Of a stretch of DNA of 64,000 nt, positions 49,075 through 61,400 are shown in pieces. The notes beneath the pieces were generated by a model. It had not been told where the DNA came from and did no database searches. It was given only the letters and a program-made list of their open reading frames with translations. A program made the position numbers and the translations under genes. The stretch's first letter is position 1; every line of letters begins with the position of its first letter. The DNA is from Ignavibacteriales bacterium (GTDB lineage: Bacteria > Bacteroidota > Ignavibacteria > UBA10030 > SZUA-254): NCBI GenBank assembly GCA_016218025.1, contig JACRFD010000038.1, positions 136,874 to 200,873 of the forward strand, given 5' to 3'.

Positions 49075-49154
49075 TAGAGAATTATTTAGAAAAAATGTGA
49101 AAATATTGGGCTTTCTTCAAGATACCATTTCCAAATAATGATTACAAATAACAG

Positions 49155-49183
49155 TTGACTTTATATAAAAATTGGATTATAAT
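49155..49183 (+). promoter_or_regulatory. Consensus sigma-70-type promoter TTGACT-17-TATAAT in a long AT-rich spacer
   Basis: ttgact ttatataaaaattggat tataat; about 400 nt upstream of the next + gene. Confidence 0.4.
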
Positions 49184-49579
49184 ATCAATGTCACATGTCG
49201 TAAACGGAAACTCTGGATCAGAATATTTACGGACTATTTATTTTGAAAATAATTATTTTTTAATTGGTGAAAAACCCCGATTCGATTTTAATTAATGGTA
49301 GTAACATGAAATTATTTCTTTAATAGCAAATAATTGTCTGTAAAGACTAATATGATGTTCTAGTTAAAATTAGTTGTTTCTACTTATAGTAGAATTATTA
49401 GAGTTCCAACTCGAAGCAACACTAAGCATTATTACTTTACTGAAAGCAATCTTGCTTCCCACTGGAAGGGATTTTACCTGACAGATGGTTTTATGATCAT
49501 TATTATTATCTATTTACAAAATTCTTTTATTAGTGAATAACCCAAAAATCTAAAATCATAATAAATAAGGGATACTGTT

Positions 49580-52500
49580 ATGAAATCATTTTGTTATTTA
49601 TTAACTCTTACGATATCTTGCTTCTTTCTGTCTGGGATTTTATTAGCTGCACGATTGAATAATGTTCCTCAGCAATTAATTCAGCCGAATGGTGATACAT
49701 TACGATGTTTTGCAAGTGGGGATGAATATCACAATTGGTTGCATGATCAGAACAATTACACAATCATCCAGGACCCAGTAACTGGATATTATACTTATGC
49801 GATAAAGAAAAATGGAATATTGTCAGTTTCAAATTATATAGCAGGCAAAGTTGATCCAGCCACTGTTGGATTAATTAAAGGTATAAATATTGCTCCAGAT
49901 CAAATGTCAAAAAAACGACAAAGATTTCTGAATATGACACCCTCAATAGTTGCTGCACCGAGAACAGGAGCGCTGAAGAACTTAGTTGTGTTTATTCGTT
50001 TTAGTGATGAGACCGAGTTTACAGACTTAGTCTCTACTTATGATAACATGTTTAATAGCGCAACTGCCGGTGCAAATTCAATGTATAGGTATTTTAAGGA
50101 AGCGTCTTATGATGCTCTAACTGTTACCTCCACCGTTTATCCAATTCCTCCGGGCAGTACAGTTCTATCGTATCAAGATTCATATACTCGTGCGTATTAT
50201 CAACCTTATAATGCGGTTACAAACCCAATTGGGTATCAGGGGGGGGATAATGGTACTGAGCGTACAGATCGTGAGCATATTCTCTTGAGTAACGCAATCA
50301 ATGCGATAAACTCTCAAATCCCTCCGGACCTTAATATTGATGGTGATAATGACGGTCGGGTTGATAATGTATGTTTTGTAGTCAAAGGAAGTCCAACAGG
50401 TTGGGCCTCTTTGTTATGGCCCCATATGTGGGCTCTTTACACTCAGAATGCGTACATCAATGGTAAGCAGGTATATACATATAACTTTCAATTACAAACT
50501 TCTCTTTTACCAAGTAACGTGGGGGTTTTATGCCATGAAATGTTTCATTCGCTTGGTTCACCGGATTTATACCATTACAGTTATGACGGATTACAACCTA
50601 CCTATGAATGGGATGTAATGGAGATGAATATGGATCCTCCACAACACATGGGAGCTTATATGAAAATGAAATATGGAACATGGATAAGTTCTATTCCTGA
50701 AATTACAACAAGCGGCACATATACACTTAATCCATTAACCAGTGCATCTAATAATTGCTATAAAATCGCCTCTCCAAATTCAACTACAGAATTTTTTGTT
50801 CTTGAGTATCGAAAAAAAGAAGGAACTTTTGAATCTTCACTTCCTGGTGAAGGTTTACTTGTATATCGAATCAATTCTACTCTGGTGGGAAATGCGGGCG
50901 GTCCCCCAGATGAAGTGTATATTTATCGTCCAGGTGGTACAACTACTACAAATGGCTCACCATGGTATGCTGCCTATAGTTCAAATACGGGGCGGACAGC
51001 AATTAATGATGCAACAAATCCATCGAGCTTTCTGACATCCGGTCTACCAGGTGGATTAAATATTTCAAATGTCACATCAATTGGAAGTACTATATCTTTC
51101 ACCGTTGCACCTCCTGAACCACCGACTTATGATGGAGAGATTTTAATTTGGAATCCAGATCCCACACCATCTAGTGGTACCAACATGGCGTTATTACTCA
51201 CTGCGGCTGGGAAAGATGTTGATATTGCTTACAATCTTAGTGCTGTTCCAAATCTAAGTGGTTACAATGCTATTTTTGTATTCTTAGGTATATTCCCAAA
51301 TAATTATGCACTGCAAGAGACTGACGCTTCACGAATTGTATCGTATCTTAATGGTGGCGGAAAGTTGTTTATGGAGGGTGGCGATACCTGGGCGTTTGAT
51401 CCGCCAACTTCGCTTCATCCATATTTTGCGATACAAGGTTTAAGTGATGGTGCGGGGGATCTCACAAATATCAATGGTGTTTCAGGTACATTTACCGAGA
51501 ATATGAATTTTAGCTATTCAGGAGAGAATAGTTATATAGACCGTCTTGGTCCTTTAGGTCCAGCATTTCCAATATTTGTGAATCCAAGCATTGGTTACAA
51601 TACTGCGATTGCCTATGACCAAGGTACATATAGAACAATTGGAACATCATTTGAGTTTGGAGGATTAAATGATGGGGCGTCACCAAGCACGAAAACTGAA
51701 TTGATGACGGCAATAATGGGTTTCTTTGGTATCACTGTTAATCCAATAATTCCTCCTCCAACAGGACTTTTGGCGTTAGATTCATTTGACGGCTTAGTGC
51801 CATTGTATTGGAGTGGACCATACTCCGCACCTTCTCCTTCACAGGTCATGGGTGATGATCCCAAGACTATTTTAAATAATGAAATATCTTCTGTGGGAAG
51901 AAAACCAGGAACAAATTCTACGAATTATATCAAACCAGATCTTTCAAAAATAGCTAGTGTGTATACCTACAATGTGTACCGATCCGAATTACCTGGTGGA
52001 CCTTACTCATTAATAGCATCTGGATTGACTCAAACATCGTATCAAGATTCTGGTGTAAATAACAATCAAAAGTATTATTATGTTGTAACAACTAATCTCA
52101 ACGGTGATAGTAGCATTTATTCAAACGAAGAAGTTGGGTATCCAAAAATTAATTCAGGTCCTGGCAGTTATCGCGCACACGTTTTTGGACCTTCAACAAA
52201 TCCATACCCTTATGGGATTGCAGTTGATGGAGATTATTTATGGTTGGCTGAGTATAATGAAATGAAAATATATAAAATCAATAAATCCACTGGTGCAGTA
52301 GTTAGTTCATTTTCTACCTCGGATGTCCCGACTGGGCTTGCATTTGATGGAACAAACTTATGGATTGCTGGATTAAACACGGACCAAATTTATAAAACCG
52401 ATGTTACTGGGACAATTCTTCAAACGATAAGTGTACCAACGGGACCCAATTCAGCATACATAACTGGAGTTGCCTATGAAAATGGTCATGTGTGGGTTTC

Positions 52501-55144
52501 TGACCGTGACAATAACAGAATACTTGATTTTGATGCAAGCACCGGTTCTCTCATTTCAGAATATCCAGAGCCAACGGAAGTTCAAAGCATGTCTTTAGGT
52601 CCGCGTGGATTAGCTTACAATCCTATGAATAATACTCTTGTCCAAGTTGTGACAGATTTCAATCGTAATCCAACTCGATGTTACGTTTATGAATTCAACT
52701 TAGCAACCAAAACATTTTCTGGGCGCAAATTTATTTTCGAACGAAACTACGATATTGCATCTGATTTATTTTGGTCTAATGGAAGAGGAATTGCCTATGA
52801 TCCATCGAATAACTCGTATTGGATAACGGATGTAAGTCAAAATATAATTTATCGAGTTGAGCCGTTCGGAGCTATTTCTACGACCTACACGATAACAATC
52901 AGCCCGACACCGGTAAATGGAATAATCGAATTGATCCCTGCCGGCGGAGTATATGATTCAAACGAAGTTGTGACCGTCATTCCGCACGCCACAACAAATT
53001 ACCACTTTGCTTCATGGGGCGGTGATCTTGCAGGATCAACAAATCCAGAACACTTAACAATGAATGGCAACAAAAACGTTACTGCGAACTTCGCGATTGA
53101 CACATACACAATCACAGCAAGCGCCGGTGCAAATGGAAGCATATCTCCATCCGGTGCAGTGACAGTCAATTACGGAGCCGATCAATCGTTTACAATTACA
53201 GCAAACGCACATTATCATGTTGCAGATGTTTTAGTGGATGGCGGTTCAATTGGTGCAGTAACAAGTCATACATTCACAGCCGTAGGTGCCAATCATACAA
53301 TAGCGGCAAGCTTCACTATTGATACTTACACAATTACAGCAAGTGCCGGAGCGAATGGAACTATCACACCGTCGGGTGCGGTATCGGTTAATTATGGATC
53401 CGATCAGTCGTTTACAATAGCGGCAGATGTCAATTATCGTATTGGCGATGTGTTGGTTAATGGAATCTCTGTAGGAGCAGTTCCGAGCTACACGTTCACT
53501 AATGTAACAGCGGATCAAACAATCGCGGCAAGCTTCGCACTTAATGTTTACACATTAACTGTAAACGTTGTCGGTAACGGCACGGTTATAAAAGATCCGG
53601 AACAGCCAAGCTACAATCATGGTACTCATGTAGAGTTGGAAGCAGTACCAGATCATGGTTGGACATTCAGCGCATGGAGCGGAGATGCGGCAGGATCAGT
53701 CAATCTGTTGGATGTAACAATGGATGGAATCAAGAACATCACAGCAACATTCATACTTGATCCTGTGTATCAGGCACAATACAGATCATTCGATCCGGAC
53801 AGCATAGCGAAATCGAAAGATCTAAAACTGAAACACAAATACATCGCTCGTAAGGCGAATGCATGTGAGTTTGAGTTTGAACTGATAGCACCGCAATCGG
53901 TAGCATTGACGTTGAAGTTCTCAATGTTGTCAACCGGAGTAGTGATGAATGGAACCAATACCGTTGGAAGTTGGACAAACGGCAAGACAGTAACCACAAC
54001 CGGAACAATCGATAGTCTCGATACATTGACAGTAATTGGCTGGGGCTTCAGCGGTAAACCTGTAAAGACGGGTTATGTATGGGCAACACCAAAGGCAACA
54101 AAAGGCACAGTAGTCACATACCTGAAGAACTATCCGCGCTTACCAATGCCAAACCGGCTTAATGTATTAAGTGAAACATTCATGCAGGCCGGTGCCGATA
54201 GCTTTATTATTGGTCAGATTAAAGACAGCGTAAAGAATTACGGCTGGCTACAACCTGCAAAGTGGACTGATCTCGATAAATCATTAGTTACGTCGAAGGG
54301 TATAGAGAATACTGCTGATGCCCATGGATTCGATTTCAAGAAGGGTACTATTAAGCCAATACTCAAAGCCAATAAATCATTACCGCCTGATAAGTTTGAC
54401 AACAGACTGTTGGCGAATATGATAGCGCTTAAACTAAACATTATGGCAAGCGCATTGGGTAAAACGCCTTCAGGTTTTGGTGAATTAACATGGAAATTAT
54501 TCAATCCACAGCCGGAACCCCCGCGTGATATGATGGTGAAAGAGATTGCAGCCTACACTGATCAATTAATGATGGGGTGGCTGAGAGACTCGAGCTATAT
54601 CAAGTCAGGTAAGACAGTTACGGTTAAGATACATGAATTCCCGAATCCGTATCATTTTGCTTATGTTGATTCAGTGATATCACTCATTAACAATGCATTC
54701 GAAGGTCAGTTAGATACATTGTATTTCGCAGATTCATTACAATTCACCGGAGTGAAGAAGCTGATCGACGTATCGTATTTGAAGGGTAACTCAAGTGTGG
54801 TACCGGCAAAGATAATACCGGATTACACGAAGTTGGAACAGATACCGGAAGCTTATAAGTTACATCAGAACTATCCGAATCCGTTCAACCCGACAACAAT
54901 GATACAGTTTGATATACCACAGGAAGCATTCGTAACATTGAAGGTATACAACCTGTTAGGTCAGGAAGTGGCAACATTGATAAACAATGAGCTATTGACT
55001 GAAGGAACACAGGAAGTAGAATTCAACGCATCGAGCTTCGCAAGTGGTGTATATTATTATAGGATTGTTGCTGAAAGTATTGATTGGGAAAACGAAAATG
55101 TAAACAGCGTTAATTCAGTAAAGAAAATGATATTAATGAAATAG
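49580..55144 (+). CDS. Giant T9SS-secreted zinc metalloprotease: M6/InhA-like HExxH domain, beta-propeller-like region, 4 InlB B-repeat-like domains, T9SS CTD
   Basis: 1854 aa; signal peptide; HEMFHSLGSPDLY zinc motif; repeats DTYTITASAGANG(S/T)I(S/T)PSGAV x3 plus variants; C-terminal KLHQNYPNPFNPTTMIQFDIP...GVYYYRIV. Confidence 0.8.
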   Translation: MKSFCYLLTLTISCFFLSGILLAARLNNVPQQLIQPNGDTLRCFASGDEYHNWLHDQNNYTIIQDPVTGYYTYAIKKNGILSVSNYIAGKVDPATVGLIKGINIAPDQMSKKRQRFLNMTPSIVAAPRTGALKNLVVFIRFSDETEFTDLVSTYDNMFNSATAGANSMYRYFKEASYDALTVTSTVYPIPPGSTVLSYQDSYTRAYYQPYNAVTNPIGYQGGDNGTERTDREHILLSNAINAINSQIPPDLNIDGDNDGRVDNVCFVVKGSPTGWASLLWPHMWALYTQNAYINGKQVYTYNFQLQTSLLPSNVGVLCHEMFHSLGSPDLYHYSYDGLQPTYEWDVMEMNMDPPQHMGAYMKMKYGTWISSIPEITTSGTYTLNPLTSASNNCYKIASPNSTTEFFVLEYRKKEGTFESSLPGEGLLVYRINSTLVGNAGGPPDEVYIYRPGGTTTTNGSPWYAAYSSNTGRTAINDATNPSSFLTSGLPGGLNISNVTSIGSTISFTVAPPEPPTYDGEILIWNPDPTPSSGTNMALLLTAAGKDVDIAYNLSAVPNLSGYNAIFVFLGIFPNNYALQETDASRIVSYLNGGGKLFMEGGDTWAFDPPTSLHPYFAIQGLSDGAGDLTNINGVSGTFTENMNFSYSGENSYIDRLGPLGPAFPIFVNPSIGYNTAIAYDQGTYRTIGTSFEFGGLNDGASPSTKTELMTAIMGFFGITVNPIIPPPTGLLALDSFDGLVPLYWSGPYSAPSPSQVMGDDPKTILNNEISSVGRKPGTNSTNYIKPDLSKIASVYTYNVYRSELPGGPYSLIASGLTQTSYQDSGVNNNQKYYYVVTTNLNGDSSIYSNEEVGYPKINSGPGSYRAHVFGPSTNPYPYGIAVDGDYLWLAEYNEMKIYKINKSTGAVVSSFSTSDVPTGLAFDGTNLWIAGLNTDQIYKTDVTGTILQTISVPTGPNSAYITGVAYENGHVWVSDRDNNRILDFDASTGSLISEYPEPTEVQSMSLGPRGLAYNPMNNTLVQVVTDFNRNPTRCYVYEFNLATKTFSGRKFIFERNYDIASDLFWSNGRGIAYDPSNNSYWITDVSQNIIYRVEPFGAISTTYTITISPTPVNGIIELIPAGGVYDSNEVVTVIPHATTNYHFASWGGDLAGSTNPEHLTMNGNKNVTANFAIDTYTITASAGANGSISPSGAVTVNYGADQSFTITANAHYHVADVLVDGGSIGAVTSHTFTAVGANHTIAASFTIDTYTITASAGANGTITPSGAVSVNYGSDQSFTIAADVNYRIGDVLVNGISVGAVPSYTFTNVTADQTIAASFALNVYTLTVNVVGNGTVIKDPEQPSYNHGTHVELEAVPDHGWTFSAWSGDAAGSVNLLDVTMDGIKNITATFILDPVYQAQYRSFDPDSIAKSKDLKLKHKYIARKANACEFEFELIAPQSVALTLKFSMLSTGVVMNGTNTVGSWTNGKTVTTTGTIDSLDTLTVIGWGFSGKPVKTGYVWATPKATKGTVVTYLKNYPRLPMPNRLNVLSETFMQAGADSFIIGQIKDSVKNYGWLQPAKWTDLDKSLVTSKGIENTADAHGFDFKKGTIKPILKANKSLPPDKFDNRLLANMIALKLNIMASALGKTPSGFGELTWKLFNPQPEPPRDMMVKEIAAYTDQLMMGWLRDSSYIKSGKTVTVKIHEFPNPYHFAYVDSVISLINNAFEGQLDTLYFADSLQFTGVKKLIDVSYLKGNSSVVPAKIIPDYTKLEQIPEAYKLHQNYPNPFNPTTMIQFDIPQEAFVTLKVYNLLGQEVATLINNELLTEGTQEVEFNASSFASGVYYYRIVAESIDWENENVNSVNSVKKMILMK

Positions 55145-55164
55145 TATCAATCACGCTAATAAAT

Positions 55165-55215
55165 CTCCGATTTCTATCCATATATTAGTTAGATATGATA
55201 GAAATCGGAGGTTAT
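55165..55215 (+). terminator. 14-bp perfect stem ctccgatttctatc / gatagaaatcggag (18-nt loop) followed by an A/T-rich tail
   Basis: Read directly, 20 nt after the protease gene stop. Confidence 0.5.
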
Positions 55216-55425
55216 TAAAAAGCTTTTTCGGTGTAGTTATTATCCTACCAAAAAGATGTAGCTTTTAAAATATTTTTGGTATATTATCCCTACCATTTTG
55301 AATATTAATTTTCAATAACCATTAATTAATTTAATCACAGGTGTCATATGAATTTTGTTAAATTTATTAACTTTTCTTTTTGGAGATCTAAGTGTATGAC
55401 AAATAACTATACAACATTCGGAAAG

Positions 55426-58400
55426 ATGCGGACGATAGTTCCACTCATCGTCTTATTCTTTTTCACCGGTACTGTTTTTGCTCAACTACCCGATCTGACT
55501 ATTTCTAACGTGTCGGTTCCTGTAACGGCTTCGGCAGGTGATATAATAACTGTAAAGTGGACTACCTCGAACATAGGCAGTGGGTCCACAAGCGGAGCGT
55601 TTTTATTCGACGGAATATACTTATCCACCGACCAAAATTTTGACAAATCAACAGATACCTATTTGAGTGGATACTTCCATTCCTTAGCTATCCCCGCTGG
55701 CTCAAGCGAAGAAGATTCCACGGTAGTGATATTACCCGACAGTTTAAATGGAAACTTTTATATTTTTGTAAATGCAGACGACTTTTTATCTGTGAGTGAA
55801 TCGAACGAGACAAATAATTTTGCGCACTCAGCAATTATTAATATTAGCACAAACGCTCCAGATCTTAAAGTTGTTAGCGTTACCGCCCCGGCAACCGGGT
55901 CTTCACAACAATATATTCAAGTCAGTTATTCGGTTTCCAACATTGGATCGAAAGATATTACAAGTCAGTCGTGGTACGATTATATTATCCTTTCGTCAGA
56001 TACGGTTTATGATAATGGGGATGATGTTTTCCTCGGTACGGTATCGATGGATACCTCTTTAACAATCGGAGATTCGTATACCAGAACAAGTTCCGTTTAT
56101 TTGCCTACCGGCTTGAGTGGCATATACTATGTTTTGGTTCGTACGAATGCGTTTGATTTCCTTAACGAATTGAATGTAAACAACAATCTTGGCAGATCGA
56201 CTTCAATTAGTATAGATTTCAAGCGACCCGATCTTTTCGTTTCACAAATTAACCGTCCCGACACTGTGAACGCGGGGGATAAACTCAGATTTTCTTATCA
56301 GATCACCAACATCGGCGATACAAGCACCAACTCTCAGCAATGGTTTGATGAGATTTTTATATCATCTGATTCCATTGTCGGAAATGATACACTTTTAACT
56401 CTCTATTTACGATCAACGAATCTTGAACAGGGCCAGAGTTTTACAATAAGCGATAGTGTTGCAATGCCATTTGGATTACTAAAAGGTAACTACCACGTCA
56501 TTATTGGGTGTGATATGTTGAATCAAATCAACGAGTCGAACGAAACAAACAACATACGAATCTCGAATCCATTTCTTTATGGTTTTAATGGTCCTGATCT
56601 CGTAGTAACACATGTGCAAACACCAGTTAGTGCTTTTTCCGGACAACAGATTCAAATTAATTGGATTGTGAAGAATAGCGGCACTCTTGCCACAAATGCG
56701 CCGCAATGGTACGATCGGGTCTACTTATCTCCAAGTCCCGTCTTCGATCCATTGAGTGTAACAACATTGGGATTTTTTGATAACATGAGTTACCTCGGAC
56801 CAGGAGAAAGCTATTCCAACACGCAGAATGTAACCCTGCCAAATGGGATTAACGGAAGTTATTATATCTTCGTGCATTCAGATGCATTTTCACAAATAAC
56901 GGAAGTGGATGAATCAAACAATTTCATGAAGAATGATACCGCGATGCAAGTGAATCTTTCGGCTTCGCCGGATCTGATTGTAAGCGCATTCTCGAAACCG
57001 AGTACTGCCTTCTCGGGAGACACGATAGATATTTCCTACACAGTGAAGAATGTTGGAAACGGATCAACAAACACAGCACAATGGTACGATGTTCTATACT
57101 TTACACAGGATACTGTACTCGATATACGAACAGTTCAGTGGCTCGGATGGTATCAGCACGATGGCGCTCTTGCACCTGAAAGTTCATACACTAGAATTGA
57201 CCGTGTTGTTCTTCCGAATGCGATCTCAGGGAAGTTTTATTTTTATCTTGGCACAGACAATTTTAACAACGTTTATGAGTTTACCGCAGAAAGCAACAAC
57301 ATGCGACGCGATTCCATTGATGTGGTTCTTACTCCGCCTCCCGATCTTGTTGTTACAAATGTTTCGGGGCCATTAAGTGGAAATTCCGGAAAACGTATTT
57401 TAGTTTCTTGGAGTGTACAAAACCAAGGTTCTAATCCGCCGTTCGAACCGGGATGGCAGGATAGGTTGTATATTTCATCATTATCAACATTTAATCCTGA
57501 ATCATCATACGTTCTCGGAACTTTCACGCGTTATGGAATTCTCGAACCTGATTCAAGCTACACTAGGACTGACAGTGTTCTAATTCCTGACGGTTTGTCG
57601 GGTCAGTATTATATTTACACAATGACAGATTGGAAGAATGAAGTATTCGAAAACTTATTCGAAAAAAATAATGTTACACGTTCTTCCGCAACAATTCAGG
57701 TAGCACTTAGTCCTTGGCCCGATCTTGATATCGCATCGATGACAAATCCATCAACTGTTTCTGCAGGTCAACAAGTAACTATCAACTGGAATGTTACAAA
57801 CTCAGGGATTGGCGCTGCAACATCTCCATTATGGAAAGACAAAGTGTACATCTCGTCTTCTGCCACTTGGGACTCAGCATCCTCAACGTTATTAAAAGAT
57901 GTTCCACACACTTTGCCGCTATTGCCGTCGGGCAGTTATTCACAAACCGCATCTGTAACTTTGCCGGTTACAATTTCCGGAACATACTATTTCTATATCA
58001 TCACCGATGCGGGCAACAATGTTTATGAACATACTGACGAAGGAAATAATATCGAGAGAAGCTCAGCGGTGTCAGTGCAACCATATCCACCCATAGATCT
58101 GCGGGCCGGAAATGTCGTGATTCCATCATCGGGATTCTCTGGAATTCCTGTTTCTGTGCAGTTCACAGTTCAGAACATCGGCACGGGAAAAACACTCGCA
58201 ACAAAATGGGACGACGCAGTTTATCTCTCAGTGGATACAGTTCTCAATGTGGGTGTAGACAGTTTACTCACCGTTGTTCATAGAATGGGCGCGCTCGACG
58301 TCGGAGAAAGTTATACGCGAGACCTCAGCGTTCGTTTGCCGGATGGTGTTTCAGGAAATTATTATTGTTTAGTGCGGGCAGATACCGGAAATGCTGTTAG

Positions 58401-61400
58401 CGATAACAACATCCTGAATAATATAGGTTATTCAACATCGATGATATCCGTCTCACTTTCACCGCCACCAGATCTTCACGTTGCGTCCGTCATCGCGCCG
58501 AGTGAGGGACAATCAGGACAACCAATTACAGTACGTTGGACAATCCAAAATAGTGGATCGGGACAAACGCTTGTTTCATCGTGGAATGACGCAATTTATC
58601 TTTCAAGCGATATCTATCTCGATCCTGCGGATACGAGACTTGCAACGAAATCGCATAATGAAGGACTCCCTGCAAGTCAATCATATAGCGACAGTCTCGA
58701 AGTTGTTCTTCCGAATTACGCATCCGGTGATTTGTTCCTACTGATACAGACTGACAGCAAGAACGAAGTATTCGAGCAATCGGGTGAAGCCAATAATGTT
58801 CTTAGTCGACCTATTACTGTGAATATTGCGGCACCTTCAGATCTCATAATTTCAAACATCATAGTTCCTGACAGCGCCATTGCAGGTGATGATGTAACAA
58901 TCTCATGGACAATTCGAAACCAAGGAGCGAATCCCGCAACGGGCTGGATCGATGATGTAGTCTATCTCTCGTCCGATCAAACTTGGGAAGTTACCGATCC
59001 GGTTTTTGGAATTTATAGAAGAAACATAAACCTTGCGCCGGGTGCTACGATGGAAGCGAGCATGAAAGCCAAGATCAATCGTACTTTCTTCTCGGATTCC
59101 ACCGGTAATCTTACTGCCCCTATGCCAGGATTTTCACCGGGAAATTATTACGCAATTGTACGAACAGATATTCGTAACTATATCCATGAGAACAACGAAA
59201 ATAATAATGCAGGAACATCGACTGGAACTACTCGGATTGATGTTCCTACACTTCAACTTGACATTCCAACAATAACTTCGTTCACTCAAGGGGAACAAAA
59301 GTATTTCCGGGTAAACGTAATTGCCGGACAAACTCTTAAGGTTACACTTGATGGCAATGCACCGGGCGGCAGTCTTGAAATGTATGGACGGTTCGGTACG
59401 GTTCCAACACGTTCGCAGTTTGATGTTTCTTATACAACAGCATTCTCTCCGGATCAGCAGATAACAATCCCGGAAACGAACACCGGCACGTATTATATCT
59501 TGATCTTCGCTGATCGTGTAGAAGGTGATTCGATCGGAGCTACGATTCTCGCTCAAGCATTATCATTCGGTATCAGCTCCTTGTCGCCGGTCCGAGGTGG
59601 TAATTCAGGCGATGTAACAATTATGGTAGAAGGTGCGCGCTTCGTAGCAGGAAGCACGGTGAAGCTTATCGGTTCAGGTGGTGCGTTGCCACGACTTATT
59701 AAGTGTACTTTCATCGATGCGTCACGGATTGACGCAACATTCGATCTGACAGGCAATCTCCCCCTTGGTGCGTATGATGTTGTCGTTCGGCGTCCAGATA
59801 ATTCAGAAGCCACACTAGCCGGAGGATTTACATTGGAACCGGGGAAAAATCTGACAGCAAACCTTGGCTTTGCGCCTCCAAGCGCAATTGCCCGAGGTGG
59901 ATCGGGATTTTATTCTATCTCAGTTGAGAATACAACTAACATTGATCTCCCATTCATGACCGTTTACATCATCATTCCGTCAGGACAAAGCTACAACGTC
60001 AATTCGAACAACATGCAAACTCTTAGTCAACTTCTCCCCGACACACTCAAAAGCATTATACATCTCCAGAATCATTTTGATGAAGGAGCATGGCGTTTTG
60101 TACCGCTAACTGCAAGGAATGTCCGTGTAGGTCAACGGCTGAATATTGCTTTGCAAGTGAACGATGTTCAGGGGACTGAATTCCCAATCCAGATCGCCGT
60201 TGATGCAATTGACAGAAAAGGATTTGTTGAAGGACAACTTCTTTATCTTGAACTGTTCCGACAGGCGCTCTTGATGGATACGAGTGGTAAATTTGCTCCT
60301 GAATTCTACAACCTTGCACAAACTCCTCAAGAGTTTATAAATACACTGATGCAGGTTTATGTTGATCTTGGAATTCTTACACCATCAGACGTATCACTTG
60401 TAACTTCAAAACAGCTTCAGAAAATTGTTGAAAAAGTTTCTCGGCTTCCGCTCAGTCAAAAGAAGCTTGATGCTGTGTTCAAACCAATGATTACATCGTG
60501 TGAGAACGAGTTAAATTGGCTCGAGCTTGGTGGAAGACTGGCTATCATCGCAGTCGGATTGATTACGGGTGCTTTGCTCGCACCAGTGACGCTGGGCGTT
60601 GGAGCGGTTCTCGCAGTTATAAGTGGTCTCGGTTTGGGTATGAATATCGGAGCAATCATCAACGATTCCCCGGGATTAATGTCCAGAATATTCTGTGATG
60701 ATCCCCGGACTCCCACTCCCGTTATTGCGTCGAAAGATCCAAATGACATTATGGGTCCTGCGGGGTATGGAGAAAAGAAGTGGGTCGCTCTCACGCAGAC
60801 AATGACCTATACAGTACGATTTGAAAATGATCCGAAACTTGCCACAGCGCCCGCTCAAATTGTGAGCGTCAATATGGATGTTGACAGCACGCTTGACGTT
60901 CGATCATTCCGCCTAGGTAATTTTGGATTTGGGAGTTTCACATTCAATGGTGCAGAGAACCGGTCACACTATTCGAAGAGGTTAGATGTTCTCGACTCGC
61001 TAAGCATATATGTTGATGTGAGTGCTGGAATTGATGTAGATAAAAACAAAGCATTCTGGATATTCAAATCGATCAATCCGGCAACCGGAGAACTTCCATC
61101 CAATCCTCTTTCAGGATTTCTTCCCGTCAACGATTCGCTCCATCGCGGTGAGGGATTTTTAACATTTTCTGTCAAACCAAAATCAACTTCACACACCGGT
61201 GACATTGTAAATGCGAAAGCGCGTATCGTTTTCGATGTCAACGATCCGATCGATACACCTCCCATATACAACACTATCGATGCGGGCTTACCAATCAGCA
61301 GTGTTCGCTTGCTGCCACCCATCACCAAAGATACAACATCATTCCTTGTGCGATGGGCAGGCGCCGACGATTCAACCGGATCTGGGCTGAAGAATTATTC

